Program-made: the position numbers and the translations under genes
Notes under the pieces: model-generated
The model's input: only the letters and a program-made list of their open reading frames with translations
Database searches by the model: none
Told to the model about the DNA's origin: nothing
NCBI GenBank assembly: GCA_963777955.1
Contig: CAVZSQ010000013.1
Coordinates: forward strand, 384,001 to 448,000
Origin: Calditrichia bacterium
Lineage (GTDB): Bacteria; Calditrichota; Calditrichia; JAJRVZ01
Direction of reading: 5' to 3'
DNA: 64,000 nt
Shown: in pieces, positions 61,445 to 64,000 of the stretch
How the letters are laid out: every line of letters starts with the position of its first letter
How positions within the stretch are numbered: the stretch's first letter is position 1

Positions 61445-62548
61445 ATGCTGGCAGAATTTCTCTATCATTTAAAATCATATTTTTTTGGATTTAATATATT
61501 TCGTTATATAACCGTAAAAGCAGCCCTGGCAGCCGTTACAGCCCTGCTGTTCAGTTTACTGATCGGACCCAAAATAATCCGGCTGCTGCGCCGGTACCAA
61601 TTGGGTGAAGAAATCCGCGCTGATGGACCGGCCAGCCATCTGGCTAAAAAAGGCACTCCTACTATGGGTGGACTGATTATTATCATTTCTATCATTCTGG
61701 CTGTGCTGCTGTGGTCTGATATTTTTGATATCTATGTTTTTTTAATATTTATAGCTACCCTGGTCATGGCCGGAGTTGGATTTATTGACGATTACCTTAA
61801 GACTGTAAAAAAAATGAAACGGGGTTTGATCAGCCGGTATAAATTAATCGGTCAGATCAGCCTGGGATTATTTCTCGGCGCTGTTATATATTTTCATCCC
61901 TTTTTCGCCGGCATACATTCCAACACCAGTGTACCGTTTTTTAAAAATCTGGAAATCGATTTCGGGATGTTATACATCGTCTTCATCGCTTTTATTGTGA
62001 CCGGTACCTCTAATGCTGTTAATCTTACCGATGGACTGGATGGTCTGGCTGCCGGACTGAGCGCTATCGCTTTCCTGGCTTTCGCCGGAATGTCTTATAT
62101 AACCGGACATGTGCGCTTAAGCGATTATTTGAATATCATTTACCTGCCCGGTGCACAGGAATTAACCGTATTCTGTATGGCGGTTCTGGGTGCTGCCGTG
62201 GGATTTCTATGGTACAATACTCATCCTGCCGAAATTTTCATGGGGGATACCGGTTCCCTGGCACTGGGCGGCGCTCTGGGCACCGTGGCCATTCTTATAA
62301 AAAAAGAATTATTGCTGGTCATTATCGGGGGTGTATTCATCGCAGAAGTACTCTCCGTCATCATTCAGACAACTTATTTTAAATACACCCGCCGTAAATC
62401 TGGTGCGGGAAAACGTGTTTTTAAAATGACACCTATTCATCACCACTTCGAACTGCTGGGTTGGCATGAATCCAAGGTAGTCGTACGTTTTTGGATTATT
62501 GGTATTTTACTGGCCTTATTGACCTTAACTACATTCAAAACTCAGTAA
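61445..62548 (+). CDS. mraY: Phospho-N-acetylmuramoyl-pentapeptide transferase
   Basis: KKGTPTMGG, GFIDDY, NAVNLTDGLDGL, FMGDTGSL, PIHHHFE. Confidence 0.97.
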   Translation: MLAEFLYHLKSYFFGFNIFRYITVKAALAAVTALLFSLLIGPKIIRLLRRYQLGEEIRADGPASHLAKKGTPTMGGLIIIISIILAVLLWSDIFDIYVFLIFIATLVMAGVGFIDDYLKTVKKMKRGLISRYKLIGQISLGLFLGAVIYFHPFFAGIHSNTSVPFFKNLEIDFGMLYIVFIAFIVTGTSNAVNLTDGLDGLAAGLSAIAFLAFAGMSYITGHVRLSDYLNIIYLPGAQELTVFCMAVLGAAVGFLWYNTHPAEIFMGDTGSLALGGALGTVAILIKKELLLVIIGGVFIAEVLSVIIQTTYFKYTRRKSGAGKRVFKMTPIHHHFELLGWHESKVVVRFWIIGILLALLTLTTFKTQ

Positions 62549-62568
62549 AAAAAATAGCGGATGCAAAA

Positions 62569-63927
62569 ATGAATATCCGGCAGTTGAAACAGAAGAAGGT
62601 CACCATACTGGGGGCAGCACGCAGTGGAATTGCTGCCGCCAAATTGCTTACAAAACACGCTGCCCGTGTGTTTGTGAGTGATCTGGCCAAACCAGAAAAT
62701 AAAACCGCTGAAAAACAAATACTTGAGGGGCTGGGGATACCCTTTGAATTTGGCAGGCATTCCGATCAGATCTATGACGCCGACTTTATCATACTGAGTC
62801 CGGGCATCTCACCGGCGACGGCGCTGGTGCAATCCTTCGGCCAAAAAGGTATCCCCGTTTTTTCTGAAGTAGAGCTGGCCTCCTGGTTTTATTCCGGACC
62901 AATAATCGCTGTCACCGGATCAAACGGCAAGACCACAACCACCGCCATTACCGGCCAGATTCTGCGTCAACAATTTCCGGATACTATCATCGCCGGCAAC
63001 ATCGGCACACCGTTCTCCGGTGAAGTGCATGATAAACCAGGTGCCGCTTGCGCCGTGGTTGAGATTTCCAGTTTCCAGCTGGAGACAATCGATTCGTTTC
63101 ATCCTCGCGTGGTGGTGATTATTAACCTGGCCCCTAACCATCTGGACTGGTATAAATCTTTTGAAGAATATGTCAGCGCCAAGTTGCGCATTATGATGAA
63201 TCTTAATCAGAGTGATACTTTGATCTATAACGGGGACGATGAGTTGCTGGCGGCAAAAGTACAGGCCTGCCCTGCCCAAAAATTACGATTCAGTGCATAC
63301 GACCAGAAAACCGATGCTTATTTTAAAGACCAGGCCCTGTATATGCTCAATTCCAGACTGGCAGCGGTACAGGATATCAAACTGCGCGGTATGCACAATT
63401 ATATGAATGCCCTGGCCGCAGGTCTGGCCGCCCGCTGCCTGGGTCTTAATAACGATCCGGTTATCAAGGTACTTTCAACATTTCCCGGTGTAGAACATCG
63501 CCTGGAATTTGTAGCAAATATTAAAGGAGTCTCTTTTATAAATGATTCCAAAGCAACAACTATTGAATCGCTGGCTGTCGCCCTGGCCAGTTTTAATACG
63601 CCGATCATCCTGATTGCGGGCGGAAAAGACAAAGGCAGCGACTTCAGTAAATTGAAAGCAGCACTGAAAAGAAACGTACGACAGGCTATACTGATTGGCG
63701 CAGCTCGCGAGAAGATTATGGCCAGCTGGCAGGGTGTGATTCCAATATCTTCGGCGGGAAATCTTGCCGAAGCAATCACCGCTGCCTATCAGCTGGCACA
63801 ACCGGGCGATACCGTGCTGCTTTCACCGGCTTGCGCCAGTTTCGATATGTTTAAGGACTTCGAAGACCGGGGCAGACTATTTAAACAGGAAGTGCATAAT
63901 CTGAAGGAAAAAATGAAAAATGTCTAA
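62569..63927 (+). CDS. murD: UDP-MurNAc-L-Ala:D-Glu ligase
   Basis: GAARSG, SPGI, TGSNGKTTT, EISSFQL, EHRLE, NDSKAT, LSPACASFD; start moved to ATG 62569. Confidence 0.96.
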   Translation: MNIRQLKQKKVTILGAARSGIAAAKLLTKHAARVFVSDLAKPENKTAEKQILEGLGIPFEFGRHSDQIYDADFIILSPGISPATALVQSFGQKGIPVFSEVELASWFYSGPIIAVTGSNGKTTTTAITGQILRQQFPDTIIAGNIGTPFSGEVHDKPGAACAVVEISSFQLETIDSFHPRVVVIINLAPNHLDWYKSFEEYVSAKLRIMMNLNQSDTLIYNGDDELLAAKVQACPAQKLRFSAYDQKTDAYFKDQALYMLNSRLAAVQDIKLRGMHNYMNALAAGLAARCLGLNNDPVIKVLSTFPGVEHRLEFVANIKGVSFINDSKATTIESLAVALASFNTPIILIAGGKDKGSDFSKLKAALKRNVRQAILIGAAREKIMASWQGVIPISSAGNLAEAITAAYQLAQPGDTVLLSPACASFDMFKDFEDRGRLFKQEVHNLKEKMKNV

Positions 63928-64000
63928 ATCAAAAACCGATATATGGCTGATCATTGCCGTGACCTTGCTGCTGATAACAGGCATTATCATGGTGTTCAGT
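63920..64000 (+). CDS. ftsW: Cell division protein FtsW, 5' fragment (runs off window)
   Basis: MSKSKTDIWLIIAVTLLLITGIIMVFS; overlaps murD stop; canonical dcw order. Confidence 0.8.
   Translation, partial: MSKSKTDIWLIIAVTLLLITGIIMVFS

Noticed and set aside
1..64000. tRNA, rRNA, riboswitch, prophage or integrase genes
   Set aside because: None recognisable by eye; a covariance-model scan would be needed to exclude small RNAs.

Overview
Bacterial chromosomal segment from a diderm organism. The C-terminal 'NYPNPFNP' T9SS/FlgD-type sorting domains, the hybrid two-component sensor and the gene content suggest an FCB-superphylum lineage such as Calditrichota/KSB1/Ignavibacteria (inference only). 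Left to right it carries: an AraC regulator, MutT and Tag repair genes, an ATPase-MscS-glgP operon, a lysine-rich DksA, glgA, a PAS-GGDEF-EAL gene, an MttB/UroD-family/nitroreductase operon, a lipoprotein + L,D-transpeptidase + LDT-like trio, a DUF362/polyferredoxin pair, a heavily frameshifted accessory block (TonB-dependent receptor, hybrid two-component sensor, secreted proteins; about 23-33 kb), a TetR-TolC-HlyD-ABC efflux operon, a Ser/Thr kinase-TPR-large surface protein cluster, an unusual ClpN-cyclase-AAA fusion, tryptophanase, a GAF-HD-GYP gene, a truncated REP-associated tyrosine transposase, and the start of the dcw cluster (mraZ to ftsW). Intergenic DNA holds several families of short palindromic repeats, some nested in each other and three lying inside the sensor kinase coding region. 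The best novelty candidates are (i) a possible Braun-lipoprotein analogue with its own L,D-transpeptidase, (ii) the ClpN-adenylate cyclase-AAA+ fusion and (iii) REP palindromes translated inside a signalling protein. I saw no rRNA, tRNA or CRISPR array. All calls are by eye from motifs; no searches were run.
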